Shown here in pieces: positions 32,334 to 41,556 of a DNA stretch of 64,000 nt. This DNA is from Geobacter sp. (GTDB lineage Bacteria > Desulfobacterota > Desulfuromonadia > Geobacterales > Pseudopelobacteraceae). Below the pieces are notes generated by a model. That model was not told where the DNA came from and ran no database searches. It saw only the letters and a list, made by a program, of their open reading frames with translations. Position 1 is the first letter of the stretch, and each line of letters opens with the position of its first letter. Made by a program: the position numbers and the translations under genes. The stretch lies in contig WKKS01000011.1 in NCBI GenBank assembly GCA_009684515.1, positions 16,390 to 80,389 of the forward strand, written 5' to 3'.

Positions 32334-33041
32334 ATGGTAAACGACAAACCACATATCATGCTGGTTGAAGACGAAATCCATCTGGCGCGCGGCATCTGTT
32401 ACAACCTTGAAGAAGAGGGTTTCCGCATAAGCCACTTTGAAACGGGAGAACGCGCGCTCAAGTCGCTGGAAGTCGAACGATTCGACCTGATAATTCTGGA
32501 TGTCATGCTACCGGGCATGGATGGCTTTGATGCTTGCAGATTGATCCGGAAGCTCGATCCGAGAGTTCCGATCCTGATGCTGACCGCCCGCTCCGAAGAT
32601 GCTGACCGGGTGGAGGGGTTGGAAAACGGGGCCGATGATTACCTGACCAAACCGTTCAATCTGGTTGAATTTCTGCTGCGGGTCAAGGGGATGCTGAGGC
32701 GCTCCGCCTGGTACAGGCCGGAGCCGGTCGAAGAAGGGTACCGCTTTGGGGATAATGAGGTCTTTCTGCTCTCGTACCGGGCTAAGACAGCTCAGGGTGA
32801 AATTGACATGACAGAGATGGAAGTGCGCGTCCTGGCACTTTTCTTTCGCAAGGAAGGAGCCGCTATCCAACGTAGCGAACTGCTTCAGTCGGTCTGGGGC
32901 TACAGCAGTGATACCGAAACCAGGACGCTGGATAATTTCATTGTCCGGCTTCGTAAATATTTCGAACCAGACCCGTCTCATCCAAAGCATTTTCTGACAG
33001 TCAGGGGTGTCGGCTACCGTTTTAGTCGCAGCGGAAACTGA
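32334..33041 (+). CDS. OmpR-family response regulator
   Basis: REC domain (IMLVEDE, LIILDVMLPGMDG, LTA, KPF) plus a winged-helix C-terminus (TVRGVGYRF). Confidence 0.9.
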   Translation: MVNDKPHIMLVEDEIHLARGICYNLEEEGFRISHFETGERALKSLEVERFDLIILDVMLPGMDGFDACRLIRKLDPRVPILMLTARSEDADRVEGLENGADDYLTKPFNLVEFLLRVKGMLRRSAWYRPEPVEEGYRFGDNEVFLLSYRAKTAQGEIDMTEMEVRVLALFFRKEGAAIQRSELLQSVWGYSSDTETRTLDNFIVRLRKYFEPDPSHPKHFLTVRGVGYRFSRSGN

Positions 33042-33110
33042 CTATCAACCAGCCATTTTGGAATGGGACATTTAACAATGCAGCAGCATCATTTACGAAG
33101 GAGCAGTTGG

Positions 33111-33893
33111 ATGAAAAATCCATGTGAGGAGTTTAAGCGGAATCAGCTTTTCAGGAAGTTGCGTCATGGGACCGGAAAAGCGATCGCCGATTTTGGACTG
33201 ATAGAAAAGGGCGACCGGATCGCCGTGGCCGTTTCAGGGGGGAAGGATTCATATACGCTGTTGCTGTTGCTGGAGGATTTGCGCCGCAGGGCGCCGGTGC
33301 CTTTTGAGCTGGTCGCCATAAACATCGATTCCGGCTATCCGGGTTACCGGACAGAGGTGATTGAAGCATTTCTGCGGGACAATGGCTTCACATACCGAAT
33401 GGTGCCTACTGAACACTACGATATTATCCAGGAAAAACGTCGTCCCGGATCGTCATATTGCTCAATGTGCTCCCGGCTGAAGCGGGGCGCACTCTACGAA
33501 GTGGCACAGGATATGGGCTGCAACAAGCTGGCGTTGGGGCATCATCAGGATGATTTCATCGAAACTCTCCTGCTGAACCAGTTCTTCGTCGGTTCCCTCA
33601 AATCCATGGCCGCTTCGATGCTGGCTGATAACGGCGTCACGACCGTTATCCGTCCTTTGGTCTATGTCCTGGAGGAGGATATTATCAGTTTCTCCAGAGA
33701 GGCCTCGCTCCCTGTGGTCTGCTGCTGTTGCCCGGTCTGTGGAACGGCAGATATTCAGCGCAAAAAAATGAAGCGGCTGCTCAAAGAGCTGCAAGCCGAT
33801 ATTCCCAATGTGAAAAGCAGTCTGCTGAATGCTCTCTCAAATGTTCACCCCCGCCATCTTCTTGACCCTTCTTTGCGGCGCGTGGATGTCTGA
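33111..33893 (+). CDS. ttcA: tRNA 2-thiocytidine biosynthesis protein
   Basis: PP-loop SGGKDS, CSMCSRLKRG, LALGHHQDD and CCCCPVCG. An AAGGAG SD precedes the ATG at 33111. Confidence 0.88.
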   Translation: MKNPCEEFKRNQLFRKLRHGTGKAIADFGLIEKGDRIAVAVSGGKDSYTLLLLLEDLRRRAPVPFELVAINIDSGYPGYRTEVIEAFLRDNGFTYRMVPTEHYDIIQEKRRPGSSYCSMCSRLKRGALYEVAQDMGCNKLALGHHQDDFIETLLLNQFFVGSLKSMAASMLADNGVTTVIRPLVYVLEEDIISFSREASLPVVCCCCPVCGTADIQRKKMKRLLKELQADIPNVKSSLLNALSNVHPRHLLDPSLRRVDV

Positions 33894-34028
33894 GGAGGAG
33901 TGCCTTGTTCTGCTTCTTTCTGCCGGACTCTTTTTAAGCTGAACTCCCAGATCGGCCAGAAAATCCAACGCCGAGTAGTACCCTCCGACAGCAACTACCG
34001 CGATTCCGACAATTGTTATAGCTTCCAT
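33837..34028 (-). CDS. Possible small single-TM protein (63 aa)
   Basis: A GGGGG SD lies 8 nt upstream. The sequence MEAITIVGIAVVAVGGYYSAL is a TM helix followed by a basic tail. Its 3' end overlaps ttcA convergently by 57 nt, which argues against it. Confidence 0.25.
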   Translation of the reverse strand: MEAITIVGIAVVAVGGYYSALDFLADLGVQLKKSPAERSRTRHSSSDIHAPQRRVKKMAGVNI

Positions 34029-34154
34029 GATTTTACCCCCTGTTAAGTGTTGATGGAGGGTAACATGATGGTGAGACACAATAAGTCATTTTGCTGCTTG
34101 GGTATCGAATGGCCCGACTTCTACACTGTAAATTAAGCAGCTAGAGGGATTCCT

Positions 34155-35102
34155 GTGAAGAACAAAACTCCTGAAGATGTTATCAAATGGTTGAAGGCGA
34201 ACCCTTCTCTCAGCGAACTCAGTTCGGCATATCCTGACTTGTGGGAATGCGTGAGGATTGATATTGCGGAGATTGTCAGCGGCGGAACAATGGCCGAGTT
34301 GCAGGGGTATCTGAAACAATCGGAGCTGCGCGGCGGTTTGCTGGCGAAAAAATGTCAAAATAGCCGTGGTGACAGTAAAATAATGGAGTCAACCCTACAG
34401 CAGTTAATCAGCAGTCGCATGGCTCATCTGGCCGTTAAGCAGCACTGCATTTCCGAGGCTACCGGCATTGAGAAGGGCAAGGTCCGCTTTAATCTGCTAA
34501 ACGGTTATATTGCGCAGTGGCTCTTGTTCTCCGAGGGGTTGGTGCGCAAGCCGGTATCCATGTTCTGGTTCCGGCTATTGTGGCCCGTTCTGTGGCAGAA
34601 AAAAATGCTTATGCCACTGGTTCAGCCCGAGGGGATTTACTGCTTTTATTCAAAGCGGCTGATTGATGAGCTCGCCCGGATGATAGGGTCGCGTTCCTGT
34701 CTTGAAATCGCCGCCGGTGATGGGGCGTTGTCGCACTTTTTGGGGAATGCCGGAGTTTCAATAACTGCGACGGATGACTGCAGCTGGAAACTGGCGGCAA
34801 GATACCCGGAATGCGTAGTCAAAATGGAGGCGCGCGAGGCGTTGCAGAAATATGCACCGGAAGTTGTGATCTGTTCCTGGCCCCCGGCGGACAACAGCTT
34901 TGAACGACAGGTTTTTAGAACCAGGAGCGTGCAGCTCTACATCGTCATCAGCAGCCGACATAAGTTTGCTGCAGGAAACTGGATTGATTACGGGGAACAG
35001 GTGCTGTTCGAATTCGGTGAGGATCGGCAGCTGGGACATTTAGTGCTGCCGCCCGAGTTGGATTCTGCGGTTTATCTGTTTGCTAGAAAACGTGTGAATT
35101 AA
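34155..35102 (+). CDS. Hypothetical protein with C-terminal class I SAM-methyltransferase-like fold
   Basis: Motif I-like CLEIAAGDGALSHFL, followed by an acidic loop (ITATDD). The N-terminal roughly 170 aa are unrecognised. GTG start with a GAGGGA SD. Confidence 0.55.
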   Translation: MKNKTPEDVIKWLKANPSLSELSSAYPDLWECVRIDIAEIVSGGTMAELQGYLKQSELRGGLLAKKCQNSRGDSKIMESTLQQLISSRMAHLAVKQHCISEATGIEKGKVRFNLLNGYIAQWLLFSEGLVRKPVSMFWFRLLWPVLWQKKMLMPLVQPEGIYCFYSKRLIDELARMIGSRSCLEIAAGDGALSHFLGNAGVSITATDDCSWKLAARYPECVVKMEAREALQKYAPEVVICSWPPADNSFERQVFRTRSVQLYIVISSRHKFAAGNWIDYGEQVLFEFGEDRQLGHLVLPPELDSAVYLFARKRVN

Positions 35103-35132
35103 AGCAGATGGGGAGTGGTGTGGACAGGATTG

Positions 35133-35918
35133 TTATGGCTCACCGCGTTCTGCATCTCCGGAAAGCATGACCAGATCAACGCGGCGGTTTTTGGCGCGTC
35201 CTTCAACGGTTGTGTTGTCGGCTATCGGCCGGAATTCTGCGTAACCGGTGGCCGAGATTTTGTCAGGTTCAACATCGAAATTCTTGAGCAGGTATTTCAA
35301 GCCGTTTGTTGCGCGGGCGGTGGACAGTTCCCAGTTGGAAGGGAACTGTGCTGTGCTGATCGGTACGTTGTCAGTGTGACCTTCCAGTCGCAGCGGATTA
35401 TTGTACTGGGTCATGATTTCCGCAATTGTATTGATCAGTTCGTACGCTTCCGGCTTTATGGTCGCCTGGCCGGAGTCAAAGAAACCGGCTTCTTTGAGGC
35501 TTACGGTCAAACCACGACGGGTGATCTCAAGCGAAACCTTGTTTTGCGCGCCACGCTTGATCAAATAAGCTTCGACCGATGTCTTGATCTGGCGGAAGTC
35601 TTTCTCTTCTGCACGCGCTTTTGCCATTCCGCTTCGCTGACGCCCGGTCGGTGCTATGGATAATTCGGGTTTGAGGGCCGGGATGATTGCGATCGATTTT
35701 GAGGGGATTACATTGACTTTTGGAGCCGGAGCGCCGGAGTTGACCATTCCGAATGATTCCTTGAGTGACTGCATGACTTCTTCGACCTTCTTTTTGTCAC
35801 TCTGTCCCATGGCGTACAAAACAACGAAAACCGCAAACAGAAGTGTGATGAAGTCGGCGTAGGAAACGAGCCAGCGCTCGTGGTTAACATGTTTTTCAGG
35901 CTCTTTTTTGAGTGCCAT
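35133..35918 (-). CDS. motB: Flagellar motor stator protein MotB (OmpA-like C-terminus)
   Basis: HERWLVSYADFITLLFAVFVVLYAM with the conserved Asp, plus the OmpA-like region GHTDN.P......SNWELS..RA. Confidence 0.9.
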   Translation of the reverse strand: MALKKEPEKHVNHERWLVSYADFITLLFAVFVVLYAMGQSDKKKVEEVMQSLKESFGMVNSGAPAPKVNVIPSKSIAIIPALKPELSIAPTGRQRSGMAKARAEEKDFRQIKTSVEAYLIKRGAQNKVSLEITRRGLTVSLKEAGFFDSGQATIKPEAYELINTIAEIMTQYNNPLRLEGHTDNVPISTAQFPSNWELSTARATNGLKYLLKNFDVEPDKISATGYAEFRPIADNTTVEGRAKNRRVDLVMLSGDAERGEP

Positions 35919-35924
35919 GACTGT

Positions 35925-36671
35925 TTAATGACCGCCTACGAAAGCTTTGAGCTTCTGTTCAATGAAGTGCGGGTTCTCGCCGTTCTGGATGGCGATCAAG
36001 CCCTCCAGAATCATGATCCTTCGCAGCATTTCCTCTTTCATCCGTATTTTAAGTTTTGTTCCGATTGGCAGACAGACAACATTGGCGATGATCAGGCCAT
36101 AGATGGTGGCAACGAACGCAACGGCGATACCTCCACCCAGTTTGGAAGTATCGGAAAGGTTGCCCATAACGTGGATCAGGCCGAGAACGGCTCCGATGAT
36201 ACCGATAGTTGGTGAAAAGCCGCCGGCCGCTTCATAAAATTCAATCGTGTGTTTGGTATGGTCTTCAAAAGCCATGATGTCGGCTTCAAGGGTTTCCCTG
36301 AGTTTTTGGGGATCAATGCCGTCGACCACCAGGGAAATACCTTTTTTGATAAAGGGATCCTTGGCGTTCTGGGCTTCCTGCTCAAGGGATATCAGGCCGT
36401 TGCGCCTGGCCTTGGTAGCGTAGTTGATAATATCCTTCACAACCCCTTCGTGATCAACCTTGTTGGGGAGGAACGCGCCTTTGACACCTTTAAGGGCATT
36501 TATGATTGCAGGGAGCGGAAAGCAGACAAAGGTGGCGCCAAAGGTGCCGCCCAGAACGATCATGGCTGCAGTCGGCTGTATGAGTGCCGAGATATGCACA
36601 CCTTCGAGTGCGGCACCGCCAAAAACGGCTCCGAAGGCCATCACCAGCCCTATTATGGTTGCTAAATCCAT
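35925..36671 (-). CDS. motA: Flagellar motor stator protein MotA
   Basis: MDLATIIGL..., 4 TM helices, and the conserved PTIGIIGAVLGLI and AFVATIYG blocks. Confidence 0.9.
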   Translation of the reverse strand: MDLATIIGLVMAFGAVFGGAALEGVHISALIQPTAAMIVLGGTFGATFVCFPLPAIINALKGVKGAFLPNKVDHEGVVKDIINYATKARRNGLISLEQEAQNAKDPFIKKGISLVVDGIDPQKLRETLEADIMAFEDHTKHTIEFYEAAGGFSPTIGIIGAVLGLIHVMGNLSDTSKLGGGIAVAFVATIYGLIIANVVCLPIGTKLKIRMKEEMLRRIMILEGLIAIQNGENPHFIEQKLKAFVGGH

Positions 36672-36674
36672 ATG

Positions 36675-36998
36675 TTAAAAGTCCCTGCTGTGGAATGGAG
36701 TGCGATCGAGTGTGCTTCTGGTGGCCGGGCAGATTGCGTCTTTGCCGGTTGCGACCTGTTGAAACAGGTTTTTGCGTTGCCGCTGTAAATACTTCTTGCC
36801 ACTGGAGCTCTGGGCCCTGCGCATTATTCTGGAGCGGAAGGCCACAACCCTGCTGATGATGCTGTCAGCGCGCTCCATGACAATATAGTGATTGCCGTTG
36901 AAAAGTGTAATAACGGTGTCCGGAGTTTCCTCGACGCTGATAATATGGTCCGGATTAATGTACATAAGCTGTTTGTCCATACGCGTCAATGCGATCAT
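36675..36998 (-). CDS. flbD: Flagellar protein FlbD (with basic C-terminal extension)
   Basis: MIALTRMDKQLMYINPDHIISVEETPDTVITLFNGNHYIVMERADSIISRVVAF matches FlbD, and it lies directly upstream of motA. Confidence 0.85.
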   Translation of the reverse strand: MIALTRMDKQLMYINPDHIISVEETPDTVITLFNGNHYIVMERADSIISRVVAFRSRIMRRAQSSSGKKYLQRQRKNLFQQVATGKDAICPATRSTLDRTPFHSRDF

Positions 36999-37098
36999 GC
37001 CAGCCTCTCAAACGGAATAAACAATTTTCTATAAATATTAAAAACTGTGTAAGGTCAAGAGATTTCTGCCGTTTTACAGGTATACATACCATGCCCAG

Positions 37099-38193
37099 TC
37101 AGAGTCTTGAGTCGATTGCATCGAAGTCAATATACTTTTCGGCAATTGAGTTGATAAGTGTAATTTTTTCTAAATCCTCGGCACCGATTTTGGAAACATG
37201 TTCACGCAGTTGGTAGAATACTTCCGAAGATGTCTCTGCTATGCGAATATACGGAATGTCGCTGTCGTCCAGTATTCGCCGGGTTATGTCGGAGATGGGA
37301 GCATGCCCCCCGATAACGAGTCCAGCCAAAAGTTTTTTGTATTCCGGAATATTATACAAAGAGGATGCGGTCACAATTAACTCATCCCGTGAACTGGTTA
37401 CAATCAGAAGTGTAGATTCTTCCAGGTTGTCGATCACGCGTTGGGAAGAGGCCGCTCCGAGCTGGATGGTGTGGCAGATGCGGCTCTGCTCCGACAGGTC
37501 TCCCCGGAGCGGTCGTTGGAGAAGGTCTGCTATGTGCAGCAGCGTCGGGTCTGCCAACGTCGGAGAATAATCAAACGCTCCGGCCACCAACAGATCATCA
37601 GAAGCAAAAGCCTTGTTAAGATAATCCATTGCGTTGGATCGTTTTTCCGGCACAAGCTTGTTGGGCATGATTATTCTGACGCTGGCCTTTTCTCTTTCAT
37701 ACAGGGCCAGGTTGAGTTCCACTGCATCAATCACGTTGCCGATTCCGCCACCTGTTACGAGGAGTGTCGGGGCATTCAGCATGGCTGCCACGCTGGCATT
37801 GTTTACGCCGACCACCGAGCCGACACCGCCGTGGCCAGCCCCTTCGATAATCAGGAAATCATATCTGCGTTCCAGTTCGGCACAGGCCGACAGAATGGTT
37901 TGGCGCGGGAATGTCATGTCGATGTCGCCATCCAGAAAGCGTCGCGTTGTATCAGCCGAAAGTGTCATCGGTGACATAAGGGCCACATCATCTTCAACGC
38001 CGAAAACGGTGGCAAACATTGCGGCATCCTTGTCTACTATACGTCCTTTGAATTCAACGCATTTGGGGCCGACCGGCTTCATGAAGCCGACTCGCGAATA
38101 TTTTTGGCGGGCCAGATGCATAAGAGACAGGCTGATAGTCGTCTTTCCGCAATGTTGTCCGGTAGCACCTACAAAGATCTTTTTGCATGCCAT
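37099..38193 (-). CDS. Stand-alone Pta-N-terminal-like protein (BioD/CobQ-type P-loop + DRTGG domain)
   Basis: IFVGATGQHCGKTTISLSL and the P-loop NTPase-like half, then a DRTGG-like C-half (LLIVTSSRDELI). No phosphotransacetylase catalytic domain is present. Confidence 0.65.
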   Translation of the reverse strand: MACKKIFVGATGQHCGKTTISLSLMHLARQKYSRVGFMKPVGPKCVEFKGRIVDKDAAMFATVFGVEDDVALMSPMTLSADTTRRFLDGDIDMTFPRQTILSACAELERRYDFLIIEGAGHGGVGSVVGVNNASVAAMLNAPTLLVTGGGIGNVIDAVELNLALYEREKASVRIIMPNKLVPEKRSNAMDYLNKAFASDDLLVAGAFDYSPTLADPTLLHIADLLQRPLRGDLSEQSRICHTIQLGAASSQRVIDNLEESTLLIVTSSRDELIVTASSLYNIPEYKKLLAGLVIGGHAPISDITRRILDDSDIPYIRIAETSSEVFYQLREHVSKIGAEDLEKITLINSIAEKYIDFDAIDSRL

Positions 38194-38216
38194 AATAGCT
38201 TCCTCTGCGAGGTCAA

Positions 38217-38555
38217 TTAATCGACAGTAAGCTCACCAAAATAACTGTTAAAATACTCTTCACCGGTATGGAAGCGAAGAAACCGCACACCCATGCCGCT
38301 CTTCTTTACCAGATGAAAGAGGTTCTGGGGCACTTTCTTGGCCCACATGACACGTGCCTCTATTTCAATATTCTGGCCTTCAACGAGTGCAAACTTAATT
38401 CTGATTTTTGTATTGGGGGGGGCGATATTGGGGGTTTTGATGAACATTCCGGTTGCAGATATGTCTTCTGTGAACGCGATCCGGCTCGCCCCCTCAACTC
38501 CGAAATGAATTGAGATGCGTTTTTTGAATCGCTTGAGATCACGCTTTTCACTCAT
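38217..38555 (-). CDS. Single-domain PilZ c-di-GMP receptor
   Basis: RxxxR (RFKKR) and DxSxxG (DISATG) motifs are both intact. 112 aa. Confidence 0.8.
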   Translation of the reverse strand: MSEKRDLKRFKKRISIHFGVEGASRIAFTEDISATGMFIKTPNIAPPNTKIRIKFALVEGQNIEIEARVMWAKKVPQNLFHLVKKSGMGVRFLRFHTGEEYFNSYFGELTVD

Positions 38556-38703
38556 TTCATCAAATCTCCATAAACGTTATCAAGCAAATGCGGTAAATCA
38601 ACCGCTTGGCACTATGCCAGAAATATACCGTAAATTCAATTTAACTGGCGACCGGCTCAAAAATATATTGCTGATTGCGGTCGGCGACCTTCCCAAAATA
38701 GAG

Positions 38704-38732
38704 TTGACAGAGCAATCCCAATCATCTAGTTT
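38704..38732 (+). promoter_or_regulatory. Sigma70-type promoter of the thi operon
   Basis: TTGACA-17 nt-TAGTTT. The predicted TSS falls just before the TPP aptamer. Confidence 0.45.
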
Positions 38733-38740
38733 GACAGAAA

Positions 38741-38822
38741 TGCTAGGGGAGTTTCGACTGAGAGCGGATGATTCCGCGACCCTTCGTACCTGATCCGGGT
38801 AATGCCGGCGTAGGGAAGCGCG
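38741..38822 (+). promoter_or_regulatory. TPP (THI-box) riboswitch aptamer
   Basis: CTAGGGGAG...CTGAGAGCGG...CGCGACCCTTCGTACCTGATCCGGGTAATGCCGGCGTAGGGAAG matches the THI-box core (CTGAGA ... ACCCTT.GAACCTGATC.GG.TAATGCC.GCG.AGGGA). Confidence 0.88.
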
Positions 38823-38836
38823 CCGATAGAGTTTCA

Positions 38837-38866
38837 ATAGCCGCTTCTGCGGCTATTTTCATTTGT
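38837..38866 (+). terminator. TPP riboswitch terminator
   Basis: ATAGCCG-CTTCTG-CGGCTAT followed by TTTCATTT, just upstream of the thiS SD. Confidence 0.65.
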
Positions 38867-38879
38867 GGAGAAAAATGTA

Positions 38880-39080
38880 ATGAAGATCCTTCTTAACGGG
38901 GAAGATACGGAACAAAGTGACGGCATTACAATTGCCGGGCTTTTGACTCATTTGGGCATCGGACTCGATCGGGTTGCGGTAGAGGTGAATCAGGCCATCG
39001 TGCCCAAGACAAAGCATGAAACACACCTGCTTTCTGATGGTGACAGGATAGAAATAGTCCATTTTGTAGGCGGAGGATAG
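38880..39080 (+). CDS. thiS: Sulfur carrier protein ThiS
   Basis: 66 aa ending in ...VHFVGGG (C-terminal GG). A GGAGAA SD lies 7 nt upstream. Confidence 0.9.
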   Translation: MKILLNGEDTEQSDGITIAGLLTHLGIGLDRVAVEVNQAIVPKTKHETHLLSDGDRIEIVHFVGGG

Positions 39081-39085
39081 CCATA

Positions 39086-39865
39086 ATGACAAACAAAACT
39101 GATAAACTGGTAATTGGCGGGCGTGAATTCAGTTCGCGACTGATGGTGGGAACCGGCAAGTATGCCAGTTTCGAACAGACCGCACAGGCACTGGAAATTT
39201 CAGGCGCCGAGATCATTACTGTCGCTGTGCGCAGGGTTAATCTGGATCGCAGCAAGGAATCGCTGTTGGATTACATTGACCTGAAAAAGTACACCTTGCT
39301 ACCCAATACTGCCGGTTGTTATACCGCCGACGATGCTGTTCGTACCTGTCTGCTGGCACGTGAAGCAGGTATGTCCGATTTTGTAAAGCTGGAGGTGCTG
39401 GGAGATGAAAAGACCCTTTTCCCAGACAACGAAGAACTGCTCAAGGCTGCCAAAGTGTTGGTGGGGGAGGGGTTTACGGTTCTGCCCTATTGTAGTGACG
39501 ATGTGATTCTCTGCAAAAAACTGGAAGATTTGGGGTGCGCGGCAGTCATGCCTTTGGGGGCTCCGATCGGCAGCGGTTTGGGAATCCGTAACCCTTATAA
39601 CATCAAGATCATTCTTGAGAACGTTAAAGTACCGGTAATCGTGGATGCAGGGGTTGGCTCCGCCTCGGATGCTGCCATCGCCATGGAACTGGGGTGCGAC
39701 GGGGTCTTGATGAATACCGCTATTGCTTGTGCCCAGGATCCGATTGCAATGGCCGAAGCGATGAAGCTGGCAGTAATTGCCGGCCGCCTTTCCTATAAGG
39801 CCGGACGGATTCCCCGCAAGTTGTACGCCAACGCCTCCAGTCCGCTGGAAGGCATGTTTCTATGA
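39086..39865 (+). CDS. thiG: Thiazole synthase
   Basis: [27 protein letters not shown] and [11 protein letters not shown] blocks. Confidence 0.96.
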   Translation: MTNKTDKLVIGGREFSSRLMVGTGKYASFEQTAQALEISGAEIITVAVRRVNLDRSKESLLDYIDLKKYTLLPNTAGCYTADDAVRTCLLAREAGMSDFVKLEVLGDEKTLFPDNEELLKAAKVLVGEGFTVLPYCSDDVILCKKLEDLGCAAVMPLGAPIGSGLGIRNPYNIKIILENVKVPVIVDAGVGSASDAAIAMELGCDGVLMNTAIACAQDPIAMAEAMKLAVIAGRLSYKAGRIPRKLYANASSPLEGMFL

Positions 39866-39872
39866 TTAATTG

Positions 39873-40508
39873 ATGATCGATTTCAATCTTTATCTGATAA
39901 CTGACCGGACTCAAACGGCAGGGAGGGAACTCCCTGCCGTTGTTGCAGAGGCGCTGGCCGGAGGTGTCCGTTCGGTGCAGTTGCGCGAAAAGGACCTGTC
40001 GGCGCGCCAGATGTTTGAGCTGGCATTGCAGCTGAGGATGCTCACCCGCGAATACAGCGCCGCGTTGATGATAAACGACCGCATTGATATCGCTCTGGCT
40101 GTCGGCGCCGATGGCGTACAGCTTGGCGTGGGCAGCCTGCCGGTGGTTGATGCCCGCCGGTTGTTGGGACCGGACATGTTGATTGGCTATTCCGCCCATT
40201 CGGTGGCCGAAGCTTTGCGGGCGGAGTGTGACGGTGCTGATTTTGTCACCTTTGGGCCGGTTTACCGCACCCCTTCCAAGCTGAAATATGGCGAGCCGCT
40301 CGGATTGTCACCTTTGGCCGAGGCTGTCAACGCTCTCCATATTCCACTGTTTGCGCTGGGTGGTGTCAAAAAAACGTCAATTGAGGAAGTTATGGCGACC
40401 GGTTGCCACGGAGTTGCCATGATTTCGGAGATCATCGCTGCAACTGACCCTCTGGAGGCAGCCAAATCCCTGCTCGAAAAGATTGAGAAGCATGCCACAC
40501 AACACTAA
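39873..40508 (+). CDS. thiE: Thiamine-phosphate synthase
   Basis: LYLITDR, VQLREKD, INDR.D.AL...ADGVQLG and FALGG. The ATG at 39873 is preferred over the TTG at 39870. Confidence 0.93.
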   Translation: MIDFNLYLITDRTQTAGRELPAVVAEALAGGVRSVQLREKDLSARQMFELALQLRMLTREYSAALMINDRIDIALAVGADGVQLGVGSLPVVDARRLLGPDMLIGYSAHSVAEALRAECDGADFVTFGPVYRTPSKLKYGEPLGLSPLAEAVNALHIPLFALGGVKKTSIEEVMATGCHGVAMISEIIAATDPLEAAKSLLEKIEKHATQH

Positions 40509-41457
40509 TCCCGACTTGCACCCCCAACTCCGCATAAATTCCTACGGTCACTATCTGCGCCGCCGTTTCGGCTGTCGGGTCAGCAAAGTCAATGTTGACG
40601 CCGGTTTTACCTGCCCCAATCGGGATGGAAGCAAAGGTAGCGGCGGCTGTATATATTGCAACAACGTATCCTTCTCCCCGAAAGACACCCAAGCCGTGAT
40701 ACCGCTGGAAGAGCAGATAGCACATGGTATGGCTTACCATCGCATTCGTCTCGGATCGCAGAAATTTATTATCTACTTTCAGAAATATACCAATACCTAT
40801 GCCTCGGTCGATCTGCTGGGCGACCTGTATCGGCGTGCCCTGGCTCATCCGGATGTCATCGGCATTTCCGTCGGGACCCGGCCCGATTCGCTGACTGATG
40901 AAGCCCTGGAGCTTCTGACCGATATTGCCAGAGAAAAGTACGTCTGTCTGGAGCTGGGTTTGCAGTCAATGGACGACGAAATTCTGACTCGCATCAATCG
41001 CGGACATACTCTGGATGATTTTGTTAATGCGGTGGAACGGGCGTCCGGTCGGAATTTTGACATATGTGCCCATCTGATCCATGGATTCCCGGGGGAAGGG
41101 GCTGCGGAGTTTCTGAAAAGCGCTGACCTGATTGCGTCGTTGCCGATTGATTCCGTTAAACTGCATCAACTGCACGCGGTCGAAGGTACCGAGTTGGCCG
41201 AGATGTATCGGCGGGGAGAGTTTATGCCGCTGACCATGGCCGAGTATGTGAGTGTGGCTGCTGATTTTCTGGAGCTTTTGCCGGCAGATGTCACCGTTCA
41301 GCGCTTGTACGGCTCGGCACCACTGTCAATCCGGGTGGCACCCCAGTGGGGGTTGAAGAATAACCAGATGTGGTTTGCGGTCGTTAACGAACTGCATCGG
41401 CGAGGAACCTGGCAGGGATGCCGCGCAGTCGGCGGTTCGATGCAAGATACTCCTTGA
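40492..41457 (+). CDS. Radical SAM protein, TIGR01212/YhcC family
   Basis: KVNVDAGFTCPNRDGSKGSGGCIYCNN (CxxxxxxxxxCxxC variant of this family), then the IGISVGTRPD and LELGLQS blocks. Confidence 0.85.
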   Translation: MPHNTNPDLHPQLRINSYGHYLRRRFGCRVSKVNVDAGFTCPNRDGSKGSGGCIYCNNVSFSPKDTQAVIPLEEQIAHGMAYHRIRLGSQKFIIYFQKYTNTYASVDLLGDLYRRALAHPDVIGISVGTRPDSLTDEALELLTDIAREKYVCLELGLQSMDDEILTRINRGHTLDDFVNAVERASGRNFDICAHLIHGFPGEGAAEFLKSADLIASLPIDSVKLHQLHAVEGTELAEMYRRGEFMPLTMAEYVSVAADFLELLPADVTVQRLYGSAPLSIRVAPQWGLKNNQMWFAVVNELHRRGTWQGCRAVGGSMQDTP

Positions 41458-41556
41458 ACGCGTATTATGACCATGTTATTCCAATGATATCGGTTACTCA
41501 TGACGGTTCAATGATTGCTTGCATTACCAGTTGGCCATTTCAAGGAGAAGAAAATC

